Assembly: GCA_002811645.1 (NCBI GenBank)
Contig: PDIP01000079.1
Coordinates: 94,447-158,446, forward strand
DNA length: 64,000 bases
Direction of reading: 5' to 3'
Origin: Corallochytrium limacisporum Hawaii
Lineage: Eukaryota > Protista > Pluriformea
Position numbers and translations under genes: made by a program. Under the pieces are notes generated by a model. The model saw only the letters and a list, made by a program, of their open reading frames with translations. It was not told the DNA's origin and searched no databases. Numbering within the stretch: the first letter of the stretch is position 1; the number at the start of each line of letters is the position of its first letter. Shown piece after piece: positions 36,048-47,138 of the stretch.

Positions 36048-36959
36048 ATGTTGGGCCTGTATACTATCACGACAGTGATTCAGACTCTTGTCGATACCGA
36101 TGGCGATGGAGAAGCCAACACTTTGAACAAGATCATCCTCGGTTCCATCCTTGGTCTGGCAATAATATGGTATCAGTCATCGGTAGAAAAGCCCAGTACC
36201 AGCATAAAGAGTCTTGAATTTGATGTGAAATACCAGAATAGCGTACCTGTAAAGAAGATCGATGTGAAGGACCTTAAGAAGCCCTCTGTGAAGGAACTCA
36301 AGACTCTCTCCGCGAAAGACGACAAAGTTGTCAGGTTTGAAAGGGTCAACGCCAAGCTCGACCAGACCTGGGGTGAGCTGGTCCAGTGGTTCGATGACCC
36401 TACTTTCAATGAGTCCACGACCAAGAACGGTACGAGGGTCGCTAGCAAGCTTGTTGATGATACTGGTATTCCAATTTTGCGCGTCAAGACCTTGCTCCCT
36501 CAGTATAAGCCTGAAGAGATCATCAACATGCTATGGAACGCTGACACAGCGACAACCAAAATCATGGAGCCTGATTTCCTGGAGCGGAACAATTTGGAAC
36601 AGTCCGAGAACCTGACTATCGCACACCAGGTCATCAAGACCCCCATGATCATTGCCAATCGTGACAACGTTTGTAGCCTTACTCGTCGTCAACAAGGCAA
36701 CACTGTCGCTATGGTGTCTCGGAGCTGTGATGACATTTACAACGGATGTCCTGCAGGATACAAAGGATGTGCTCGGGCAACCCTGATTCGCGGATGTTTT
36801 GCAGCACGCCCAGCTTCTGGTGGTGGTTCCGAAATAGTGCGCATGGTCCAGTCAGATGCCGGTGGCAGTATCCCAAAGTCGTTGGTCAGCGCTATGAGTG
36901 CCAAGTGGGTTGCACAGGTGGAGAACCTCCCCAAGGCAATGAAAGCCAACGGGTATTAA
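36048..36959 (+). CDS. START/SRPBCC lipid-transfer protein with an N-terminal membrane anchor
   Basis: Hydrophobic IILGSILGLAIIW, then START motifs KTPMIIANRDNV, VSRSC, CARA and QSDAGGSIPKSLV. Confidence 0.85.
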   Translation: MLGLYTITTVIQTLVDTDGDGEANTLNKIILGSILGLAIIWYQSSVEKPSTSIKSLEFDVKYQNSVPVKKIDVKDLKKPSVKELKTLSAKDDKVVRFERVNAKLDQTWGELVQWFDDPTFNESTTKNGTRVASKLVDDTGIPILRVKTLLPQYKPEEIINMLWNADTATTKIMEPDFLERNNLEQSENLTIAHQVIKTPMIIANRDNVCSLTRRQQGNTVAMVSRSCDDIYNGCPAGYKGCARATLIRGCFAARPASGGGSEIVRMVQSDAGGSIPKSLVSAMSAKWVAQVENLPKAMKANGY

Positions 36960-37211
36960 ACTAAACGACCATGTTGAACATTACATCTATACGTGTCTAT
37001 CATTATCCCGGTCAGCATCTCCTAACAGACACCCTTCCTTCTTTTGTTCCAAAACCGCTCTGAACATGTCCAGCTTCCGTGCCCACCTACCGATGGTCTG
37101 GGTAGCCACCACAGTCCGAATGAAGAGCACATCACTAGGCAAAGCCAAATTGATCAATGAGTCGCTCCACAGCCCGGTCCCCCCTCCTTCGGGGAAAAAG
37201 AGAAGGGGGGG

Positions 37212-37239
<28 letters not shown>
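37212..37239. repeat. (GA)n microsatellite
   Basis: Read directly from the sequence. Confidence 0.9.
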
Positions 37240-37242
<3 letters not shown>

Positions 37243-37559
37243 GGGTAACGGGGTTGCACCAGTCTCCTCCAACCGCTTCTCCAGGGTCTGCACCGGGCCC
37301 AAAAACACGACGTATGGTTGCGCAAGACTTGAAATCTGGTTGACTCGACTTTGGCATTGTTTTCTAGTACATTTAGTACAGAGGCATGGATGGCTTAAGC
37401 GAGTTCAACTTTGCGAGAGAAATGGCAGTAGGCGAGTACCGAAAAAGTTGGGGGCATTGATGGCAGGTGCTTCGGTATATTTCGTTATGCAAAGCAAACA
37501 ACCAAGGGGTAGGCGGCGTGATCAACACCAACGGTGTACAATTGCGAGGGGAGAATGCC

Positions 37560-38323
37560 CTCATTCCGAGCAAGGCGGATTTCCGTGGTCTGACAACCTT
37601 GCATCCTTCGACAACACAGTGGGAAGGCGGTTGACCTTGTCTTTGGGGTTCGACTATTCAAAGTTATGGCTTCACTGACGTAGGCGAACGAAATGTAGCC
37701 TGGCTGTTCGATGCGCTACCCATTAAATGCGGTGGTGATGGCTGATTCGCAAGCCATTAGCCATGGCAGCAGTGACAAAGCACAACAGAGTCTGAACCTA
37801 TTCCACACACCGGCGTTTGTGCCGATGATGCTACCAAGTCCGAAACGTCACAGACCTACTGTCACGCCCGCAAACCTCAAGCAGCATAAGCTGACGGTAA
37901 GAGTATCCCAATGGATGGTCCAATTACCTATGCAATGCGTGTGCAGTGATGGTGTTGTGCAGACGGTGGCAGTCAGACAGCTGTATAACGAAGATGTTGT
38001 CGCCCCGTTCACTGATACGCACAAGCCTATGTATGCCTGGCCATACTAACGTGCTTCACCACCATGTCCATGAGCGTACGAAAAATTGCGAAACAGGTTC
38101 TCCACTGACCTTCCCAACACCCTAAAGGCGGCATGAAGTGCTCCTGTTCCATTTGCCCCGCACCTAGGGAAGACGGCCACCCAGTGGGCGTGCATACTCT
38201 GTCCTACAGGTCTTGCCCAAAGGGTAGTCACCTGTGAAGCGGCGGTCTACTTGTTTCAACGCTACACCCGGCGAGAGAGAAGTGTTGACCTGGAGCTCGC
38301 TTGGTCACAACAACGACATTTGA
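37560..38323 (+). pseudogene. Eroded ABHD17/BEM46-like alpha/beta-hydrolase relic
   Basis: Ordered fragments across three frames: LASF...GRRL...FDYS/YG...ERNV; CSDGVVQTVAV...VVAPFTD; RVVTCEAAVYLFQRY; EVLTWSSLGHNNDI. Frameshifts and stops intervene. Confidence 0.55.
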
Positions 38324-38581
38324 TCCGGCGGAAGGATGTGTGCCAATTTTGAAGAAAACAATCATAGCTAGATAAATACAAAGAGTATCGGTTGTAAAGA
38401 CAGGCGGAGTACAAGGGTAGTAGAAGGAGGTATTGACCGCGGAGAGCGAAGCTTTCAGTGTCTCCAGGACCGCCGACCGCAGCTCATTGAGGGATATTGA
38501 TCACCACCTCTCTCTCCTTTTGGGAAGTTTTCTCCATATACTGTCACGCCCGTGTGATGATGCTGTCCACGCTAGAAGAAT

Positions 38582-38669
38582 TGGAGGAAAATGTTTAGTC
38601 CCCCCCCCCCCCATCCCTCCGTGCTGGAGGAAAATGTTTAGCCCCCCCCCCCCCCATCCCTCCGTGCTG
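38582..38669. repeat. Tandem duplication of a ~43-bp unit centred on poly-C
   Basis: TGGAGGAAAATGTTTAG(T)CnATCCCTCCGTGC present twice. Confidence 0.85.
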
Positions 38670-39814
38670 CGTTTGTGGCTCCCTTACGGTGGGTCAGGGA
38701 ACCAGGAAAGGACAAAAATAGCGCAACGTCACATCACGGGCAAAAAGACTAGCCTAGCCATCACACACCCCAAGACCTGGAGAGCTGGTGTAAGCGCGCC
38801 ACGCAAAAAATCGCAAAAAAAAAAAATGGAAAAAAAACTCCATCTTTCCTTTCTCCCCGTGTGGCCGTGGCTGTGCTTCCCGGGCTTGAGAGTGTGGCGT
38901 TGTGCGGTGCGGGGAGTGGCTGATGTTGGATTTCCGACGATGGGCCAATTCTCACGCGATGGCGCATCCTCCGGTCGTTCATAAACGGAGCCCAACAAAA
39001 GAGGATCTGCGAAGAAAGTTCACAGATTTTGTAGGAGCAACTGCAACGACAACAAAAAAACTGGTACTCATCGACAACAAAAAAACTGGTACTCTTGGTT
39101 CGCACACATCCCCTGGGGGGGGGGGACAACCCGTGGGCGGAACAAGAGCCGATAGGCTCTCCAGATACGGCGCCAATTCTGAGGGATATACCGGAGGTAC
39201 TGGTTCTCACCACACATGAAACAATGATTTAGGGCTTATGGGGTTCCCTTTGGCCGTGTTTACGTGCGCGTAAGATGGCCGGGGGAAGAAAGCGACCAAC
39301 CGTCATCAATCATCCTATCATCTCCTTAGGCGCCCTCCCATATGTAATGACCAGTGGATACATGTGCGTGATGTGTGTGTGTGACAACCGCATCGACAAT
39401 CACACACAGCAGCTGTGACCGTGGTACCCCTTTACTAAAACACCCTGAATCAGCACCAAAGGACCCATTGTCACGTCGTCGTGTGTACTGCGCCCTAAAC
39501 CCCCGACCTCGGCCTTCCAAAAGCCGTGATAAAAGTGATTGGGAGTTTACTATAGAGAACGCTAGAAGAAAAGTTTGCCACGGAGGGAGAGTGCCGAAGG
39601 GAGGAGTGGGAGAGCTGCGGGGGACAAAAATAACGCTGGATTTTCGCCCGCCTCGGCTGAAAAAACACCAAAACAATACGGCATCTAATGAAGTGGTAAT
39701 AGGACTGTTGCAGGTATGTCAGAGTGCCTAGGAGATGCGTACACTGTACAGCCCCAACCTGACTTAGGTTTTCCACACTAAGAACCAAACTTGTTCGGAA
39801 TCACACAAGCAATC

Positions 39815-40750
39815 ATGGTACACAGCGCTCAGTCCCCGGCTCTGCGGAATAGCCGCTGGGCTGCCAACTCTGCCTCAGAGGCACAGCCCCCGCCTCTCAA
39901 TGAGATTCTGAAGAAGGCCGGCAAGCGTGCCATCGGTGGCGGTCTGCCTGGTGCCACTGCCATGGGTATTCAGGTCTGCTCGCTCATGTGGCTGCGTACC
40001 ACAATGAACTACCAGTACCGTCACGGAACCACCACCACGCAGGCCCTGAAGCACCTGTACGCTGAAGGCGGTATTCGCCGTTTCTACCGCGGTATCGGTC
40101 CGGCTCTGTTCCAGGGCCCTCTTTCTCGCTTCGGTGACACTGCTGCCAACAGTGGTATCCTGGCTCTGATGGACTCGTACGAGAACACTCGCGGCTTGCC
40201 CACTGCAGTAAAGACCCTGGGTGCTTCCGCTGCCGCCGCCACCTGGCGTATCTTCCTTATGCCTATCGATACTATGAAGACTATGATGCAGGTCGAGGGT
40301 TCCAAGGGTCTGGGTATGCTGCAGAACAAGATCCGCACCTCAGGTATTCGTGTCATGTGGTACGGTGCTCTTGCGGCTGCAGGTGCCACCTTCGTCGGTC
40401 ACTATCCTTGGTTCTTCACGTATAACCAACTGAACGAACTGCTGCCCAAGCCAGAGGACACTCTGTCCAAGCTGGCCCGCAATGCTTTCATCGGTTTCAA
40501 TGCTTCCGTGGTTTCGGACACTTGCTCCAACTCTATTCGTGTGATTAAGACCACTCGTCAGACCTTCGATCGCCCAGTGTCGTATATGGAAGCTGCACAG
40601 GTTGTCATCAAGCAGGACGGTCTCGCCGGTTTGTTCGGTCGGGGACTGAAGACCCGTTTCCTGGCTAACGGTATGCAGGGTCTTTTGTTCACTGTGCTCT
40701 GGAAGTATTTCGAAGAGCAGATGAACAAGCGCATGGACAAGAAGAACTGA
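39815..40750 (+). CDS. Mitochondrial carrier (SLC25 family)
   Basis: Three-repeat layout: PIDTMKT signature, EGGIRRFYRG, SGIRVMWYG, DGLAGLFGRGL. First ATG at 39815. Confidence 0.92.
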   Translation: MVHSAQSPALRNSRWAANSASEAQPPPLNEILKKAGKRAIGGGLPGATAMGIQVCSLMWLRTTMNYQYRHGTTTTQALKHLYAEGGIRRFYRGIGPALFQGPLSRFGDTAANSGILALMDSYENTRGLPTAVKTLGASAAAATWRIFLMPIDTMKTMMQVEGSKGLGMLQNKIRTSGIRVMWYGALAAAGATFVGHYPWFFTYNQLNELLPKPEDTLSKLARNAFIGFNASVVSDTCSNSIRVIKTTRQTFDRPVSYMEAAQVVIKQDGLAGLFGRGLKTRFLANGMQGLLFTVLWKYFEEQMNKRMDKKN

Positions 40751-41257
40751 AGTACAACATCTTAGTAACGAGAAACAAAACACACAATCACGGGCTCGCT
40801 GAAAGCGCATTTCGCACAGACGGGAAGTCCACTCTACATACATGTTCCCATCATCATGGTTCGTATTTAATGAATAGATGGTTCTACCACCAGCATCATT
40901 TTACCACGTAGTGCTTGAGTACTGCCCATGTCACTAGCTGCATGCGGAGGAGAAGTGCATACATAGATGACCACGCTCGGCCATACTCTCACAGTCCCGA
41001 TGGAATTCTAATCAATATTTAGTGGGGATATTGATCGGCTCCACAACGAAGAGCCGGCGCGGGGGATATCTCTACTTAGGTAATTTCAGAACATCTCTAC
41101 AGGTATAGAACGTAATTGGTACATGGATGTGTAATGATTATGTGTATGGTGGTGACTATTGTCATGAATTTTAAGAGACTCTACGAAATTTCTATGAAGA
41201 TGGCACCATGGAAGATGAGATGTTCGGAACATGGCGATCTAGTGTCTGCTGGTCCGT

Positions 41258-42424
41258 CTAGTGAACTTCAGACTCTTCCTTCTGGAGCATGACCTTCTGC
41301 TGCCAACGCAGATTCTTGTTGCGGTCCAGGTTGGCGACATCCACATCTTGTACCACATAGCGGTTTGCAATAATATTGTACACTCCTGCGATACGTCCGA
41401 ACGAATGCTTCTGCAATGCTTCACTGATATCCTGTCTGGAAATACCGAGCTCTTCCATCTGGGACAGCACCTCAGAGTGAGAAGGGTACACATTCTTCTG
41501 GTGCATGCCCGCAGACCTGATGAGGATGTCGTTCTTCAAAATCTTTGGCGGGGCACGCTTGGTGGGCTCAGGCACCAGCATGAGCTTTACAATGCGGCGG
41601 AAGGGCGGAGGTACCCAAGCTGGGAAGGTGTATGCTCCCTTCAATACCTTTTCCATCAACTCCCGGTGGCTGGTAGCCAAGAATGGCTTCTGACCGCAAA
41701 TAAGTTCGTACACAACAACACCTAAGGACCAAATGTCCACAGCCATGGGCAGGTAAGCCTCACGGCGGAACAGCTCTGGCGCCGCGTACGGAGGGCTACC
41801 AGGCCACTCTGTCTTCACGAATTGACCGGGCCAGCACTGTACACTCAGTCCGTAATCTACTAGTTTGGCGTTCATCTTATGATCCAGGAGAATATTCAGT
41901 GCCTTCATATCACGATGCGCAATGTTGTAGCTATGGATGTGTTCAAGAGCCAGGATAATCTGGCGAGTTAAGCGACGGACCTCCTCGAGCTTCTTCTTGC
42001 GGTCGTCAATGCTCTTGATGTATTCCCGAATGTTACCACCAGAGCACAACTCGAGGAACATATACAAAACATCCTCAGTATCGACAATCTCGTAGAGTTT
42101 GCCAATGTGCGGATGAGAAGCTGCCGGTGCTGACAGGCGCTGCAAGATGTGTACTTCGTGGAACAGAGCCTTCATGGAGCGCTGATCAAGAGCACGCTTG
42201 TTCACAATCTTTACTGCAACCTTGTCTTTGGTCAAAACATGTGTAGCTTCACGGACGACACAAAAGCCTCCGCGACCAATCATATCACCGATAATGTAGA
42301 GTCCGACCCGCTTTGGGATCTTAACTGTGTGTGGTTTCTCGTCCTTCTTCGAGCGACTGCTAGTGGCCGCGCTAGCGCCTGGACCCTGTGCAGCCATAAT
42401 TCTGTTCAGCGTTGTGGTCGCCAT
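41258..42424 (-). CDS. MARK/SIK/AMPK-related Ser/Thr kinase with UBA domain
   Basis: IGRGGFCVV, VAVK, HRDMKALN, DYG, GSPPYAAPE, DIWSLGV, and a UBA-like EVLSQMEELGISRQDISEAL. Confidence 0.93.
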   Translation of the reverse strand: MATTTLNRIMAAQGPGASAATSSRSKKDEKPHTVKIPKRVGLYIIGDMIGRGGFCVVREATHVLTKDKVAVKIVNKRALDQRSMKALFHEVHILQRLSAPAASHPHIGKLYEIVDTEDVLYMFLELCSGGNIREYIKSIDDRKKKLEEVRRLTRQIILALEHIHSYNIAHRDMKALNILLDHKMNAKLVDYGLSVQCWPGQFVKTEWPGSPPYAAPELFRREAYLPMAVDIWSLGVVVYELICGQKPFLATSHRELMEKVLKGAYTFPAWVPPPFRRIVKLMLVPEPTKRAPPKILKNDILIRSAGMHQKNVYPSHSEVLSQMEELGISRQDISEALQKHSFGRIAGVYNIIANRYVVQDVDVANLDRNKNLRWQQKVMLQKEESEVH

Positions 42425-42909
42425 TGCCCTACAAACTTGTTTTCTTAGTTTCTGTTCTAGATCTTGTGTAGACCCAGTATGTTCTTTCGCAATTTAGTCG
42501 CGTCTGTTGTATCCTATTTGAACCATGCCGTCCGACGTACTCATGGACTACTCTCCTCCGTGACTTCCAACTCATTATGTTCTGATGTAGCTTTCATTCT
42601 ACCAAACAGCCCTTGAGCACTGGAATTCTATTTTTCCCCACAAATCGATCTCTTATCTGGAATGTGACTGTGGGCCTCCCAATTTCATTGAACGTTTGTA
42701 GGCCAGGGTGCAGTGCGTGCCATCCCCCCCCACCCCCGTGTGTGTGCCCCACTGCAGAGATGGGTCATGGCTTAGTCCCTCCAAACCGGCTCCTTTGGAG
42801 CCCACACCACCACCACTCCTACGCCCCAGCTTTTCTTCTTCAAGTTCAATACTAAACATTCCCAACCTTTTTCTCGTCTCTACCAGCTTTCCGCCAAAAT
42901 TTAAAACAC

Positions 42910-43045
42910 ACACCTCCCTCCCTCCTATTCCATCCGCAGTTCTCCCCCCACCCCCCTTCCTCCCTCCCCCCTTCCCTTCCTTTCCCTCGAGTCCTTGCCA
43001 TTTCCTCCCCTTTCTCCCTTCCTTTCCTTTCTTTTTTTTTTTTCG
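42910..43045 (-). repeat. Polypyrimidine tract (purine-rich on the kinase sense strand)
   Basis: C/T runs about 500 nt upstream of the kinase ATG. Confidence 0.85.
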
Positions 43046-46000
43046 CAGTCCTCTCGGTGGGTGTGGGACGTGAATCAGCCCCTCCCTTTTCGTTCTCCTC
43101 TTCCGTTCTCGGGAGGCGGGAAGGGTGGGTTGTGAGAGTATGCAGACAAACAGAAAAAAAAAAGAGGGGGAGCCATCCCAAAATAGAGGACAATTTCACT
43201 GTTCTAAGCGTTTTTGCCCTCCCCCCCCCCTACGCATCTCGCCCAAATCAAACGCAAGGGTCAGACATCAAACAGAGATATCCTTGATCCTTGAACACAC
43301 TTTCTTCTCACAGTCATGCACTTGTGAGAGCCATTGGGTAGGAAAATGGGAAAATATGGGAGCGGGGAGGACAACAGCCAAGAGGAAGATATCGATAACA
43401 GCACTTTCTGAAATTGTTGTGTGTGCGGCAAAAGTTAGGGCGACGGGGAGGGAAAAGCAGCCAAAAGGAAGGAAAAGGAAAGAAAAAATGGAACGCCAGA
43501 AGGGAACCCCGAACAGACACCCCCCGCCGCCAAAACTCGTGATGGGGGGAAGGTGTGAAGCGGAGAGAACGATTAATTGGGGGCAGGGGCAGGGGAAGGG
43601 GGGGGGGACTCTTTCAGCTGTACTAACTCGGCCTGACATTCTTGGTTCGGCATTGCTATATGCGGACGGGTGCGAATGAGAGAGGAGTGGGAAGAAGGGA
43701 GAAAATCTCTCCGAGGCCAAGGATGAAAAGTTGCAGAGCCCGCTTCCATAAACAGAGACCGTGCCATGCAAAGACTATGACCGAATGCAGCCTGCCGTGT
43801 GATCTAGTTTGGTTGGTGTGTGTAAAAAGTTATAGATGGATAGGATAAATAGAGGTGAAACATCTGCGATCTGTTAGGCTTCAAAAGTGATTTGGTATTG
43901 ATATCCATACAACAAACGGGAAAGGTGTCGTCTGCAAGGTGTACGGACTGTTATCCGTGTATGGATGTGCGGATCTTTTGTTTTCAGAGCCGCATCAGGA
44001 CATGTGTGTGTGTGTGTGTTTTGTCAGACGTAAGGTACATACACGCCCCTAAAGCGGATACCGACCAGCCGCTTCAGACAAAAAGGTTTTTTGACAAACG
44101 CCTAATGGTGTTCATCTCCGGAACTTCAACCTCTCTCCTCCTCCGTCAGTGACCGTCCCCCCAACTATCAATAAGCGTGCGATACTTAGTCCACAGCAAC
44201 TATTTTTTTGATGAGGCCTGGGGATATGAGAAGGTCTGCGCGGGGGCTTTGCGGCGTATGCGTATGCGAAGTGGTGAAGGACTGGACCACAGGATTCTAG
44301 GAGGACCTCGTTTGAGGCGGTGGCTCCCGCAGCTCCGATGTGGACAAACGGGACCTGAGTTGTTCGGATAATAATGGGGAAGGCCACGCCATGGACAACG
44401 ATCATCATAGTATGAGAGGTATGGCGATGAGAGTTTGACTGGGAAACTGAAGGCTTTCTGCAATGCTTCAACCAAGAAGCATGGAAAAGATTTTTCTTCC
44501 GAAGCCACAACTCTCCTTTACGAAACCGGAGCAACCCCCAGCCGTCCTGAGGCAAAGTAGAAATTTGGGCTGAAAAAAAACAAGAGGCGGAATCTTTTCC
44601 CTAGTTTATTCTCTCTCTTTCCTCTCCTGTGAGTAACGTTTGTTTGTTTGGCATTCAAGTGCGCCTCCTATTGCTCCAACGCCAGCCGCTCAATTCAGCA
44701 GGAGCCCTTCATTAGACCGTGAGCCAAGATCTTCGTCTGTGACCCATGAAAAGATCCAAATTTGGCCCTAGCTCCGGTGACGGTGCAGAGGAAAATCCAA
44801 CATCGGCGATCGTTGCGAGACAGACAGCGCCGAGGAGCATACTGAGGAATGGTCAATGTACGGCGTTCGAAATGCTGGTTCTGTCCCGGTGTGCTGACAA
44901 AGTTGTAAGCCTTCCCGCCCCCCCCAGTCTGCCTGCGCGGTTGCTTCCGCAGAAATAGAAGCGGCAGGTGCATAAGTCAGCAAGCCTCCAGCACAGGAAA
45001 CAAGAACTCACCCAGCCGGTTCCTAAACGAGCGCTGCACGCCTTACCTGCTACAACGTACGCACACAAGAAACAAGAGCGATGCAACGAAGGGAGTGACC
45101 CACCGAACCCCAAGCACGCACGGAGCAACCCAGCACACAAGGGCATAAGCTCAGGAGGCCACAACGCACTGTGCAGCAGCCGAGGCACCTTGAGCCTGTG
45201 CTTGTGTACACGGAGACATCTGCATGCCAAATGTGGTCCAGTTAGGGGGTGGTTTGATTCGCACTAGTTGATTTGTGGTAGTGGTGGCATTTTGAACGAG
45301 TAAGGTTGGGTCGGGGACGAAGGTGAAGTGGTGGGGTGTGCATGCGGAGGTATGGATGGTTACCTTTGTATTTTTGGAACGCCAGGGTATTACGAGACGC
45401 AAGCGTTGGCATCGGCCGATTTTCGATAGTAGTGAACATTGAGAAAATCTCTATATGCGAGCCATTGCCTTGTACTGGGCCCCAAGGATGCGAGTGAAAT
45501 GAACCAAAATGGCAAGGGTGACACACCGAAGAGGAGGGGAGGGGGCCCATCAACCTGGGACGACCGTGCCTCAGAAGAAGAGGGGGTGACCAGACTAGTA
45601 GTACACACCGTTGTTTTGTCCTTCTCTGCCGTGTGTGTCTTTCAAAGGAGGGAGATATCCATCGCCATATGCACAGCACGAGGAAGCAGCAAGCAAACAA
45701 CTACGGCATCGGAACCGCAGTATATCCAATACTGAGTTCTCACTCCTAAAAAGTTTGTCAGCAAACAACGGGGAGGGAAGGGGCAAAGAAGGGACGGGGG
45801 TGACTGCTTGCGTGTTAGCGTGGTAGAGTGACCTTCAAAAAATCAATGACATCCGCAGCGAAGACGAACACATCACTTCTGGCGGACTCAGAGTGTGAAG
45901 TGGAAGTCCATTACCAAAGTATTGAGAAAGTGGGAGAATTCTTCGAGGAGAGGTATCTCTCCCGCACGACAGGCCATCGAATAATCTTCGCCTAAATATG

Positions 46001-46406
46001 ACTGAAACAAGACGAACGATTGCAAGGACAAAAGGGAGGAAGAACAAGCCGCACACTCATAAAAATAGTCTGTAAAAATCTGCCCACAATGTCAGTATAG
46101 CTTTGGGTTTAGTGCTGACTAATTAATAAAAAACTTGTTGCTGTGGATGTTGTGGGTGGACGTCTCACACTTTGCCGGAGATCGTACCGGAACACCGTTG
46201 GCAATCGGGGCTCTGTGTCACCATTTCGTGTTTATCGCTACATACTCAAAGAATGCGCATTTCTCAGTTTGAAATGATGTCTCGCTTGCGCTCTGTGAGT
46301 TCCGCGTCTCTCCCTCTCTGGGCGGCGTTCGAAACTTTCATAGTGGCCCTCTGAGTTATGGCGCTGCCTTCTCCATCTCTCTACCTCCACGCTCTCGTAG
46401 ATCTCT

Positions 46407-47138
46407 GTGGTGCGTGCGTGTGTTCGCTTGTGTTGCGCTCCAGGGAATCACATACAACTCATACCGTGTCCTGGAGCGGTGAACCGTAGGACTTGCACAT
46501 TTGGTGCTCAGCTCTGTCGATATCGTGTTTTGTCTGCGGTCCTAGGAATGATTTCAGCTGGCTCTGTGTTTACCATGGATTGTACGCTACTGCAAAAGAT
46601 GCTTTATTCCGGTGCAAGAGACACAGCCGAGGAATGCCCGGGGAGACACAACTTACGAGGACGACCTGCCCAGACGACGTCCACCACCACACAGTCACAG
46701 GCACACTGGTTGTGTGCGGACAAAAGGCGACTCTTGTATTTCTGACTGATCATAGTGGAAGATAAACTCACCATCCTGGATGTGGGCATGCTGGACAGAC
46801 AGGAGGGAACGAGTACCATAAACGAGACCCTGGAGGAATTGGTGGATCGTACCATGTTCTACTAAGTCATTCCTCTCTCTGTGTTCAAACGACCAGGCGC
46901 ATACCATACATGCAGGCGTAGGCCGCTGCTTGATGAGTATGGCAACAAACTTAGTCCCGAGTATGAGGAACATACACATTCAAGTGTTGTTCGTATTACC
47001 CCTTCCGGCCCCAGTACATGGATACCATTACAAATTGAAGCCCATTCAAACCCTTGCGAGCATGCGAAGTTCCCCCCATTCCCTTTGTTCGGACGTCGCA
47101 CACATCAGAGGGGACCCGGTTTCGACCTTCCCCATTAA
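46407..47138 (+). pseudogene. Possible eroded CDS of unknown family
   Basis: One frame is open for 244 codons except for stops at 46743 (TGA) and 46863 (TAA). Protein-like segment LIIVEDKLTILDVGMLDRQEG...TLEELVDRTMFY. Confidence 0.3.
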
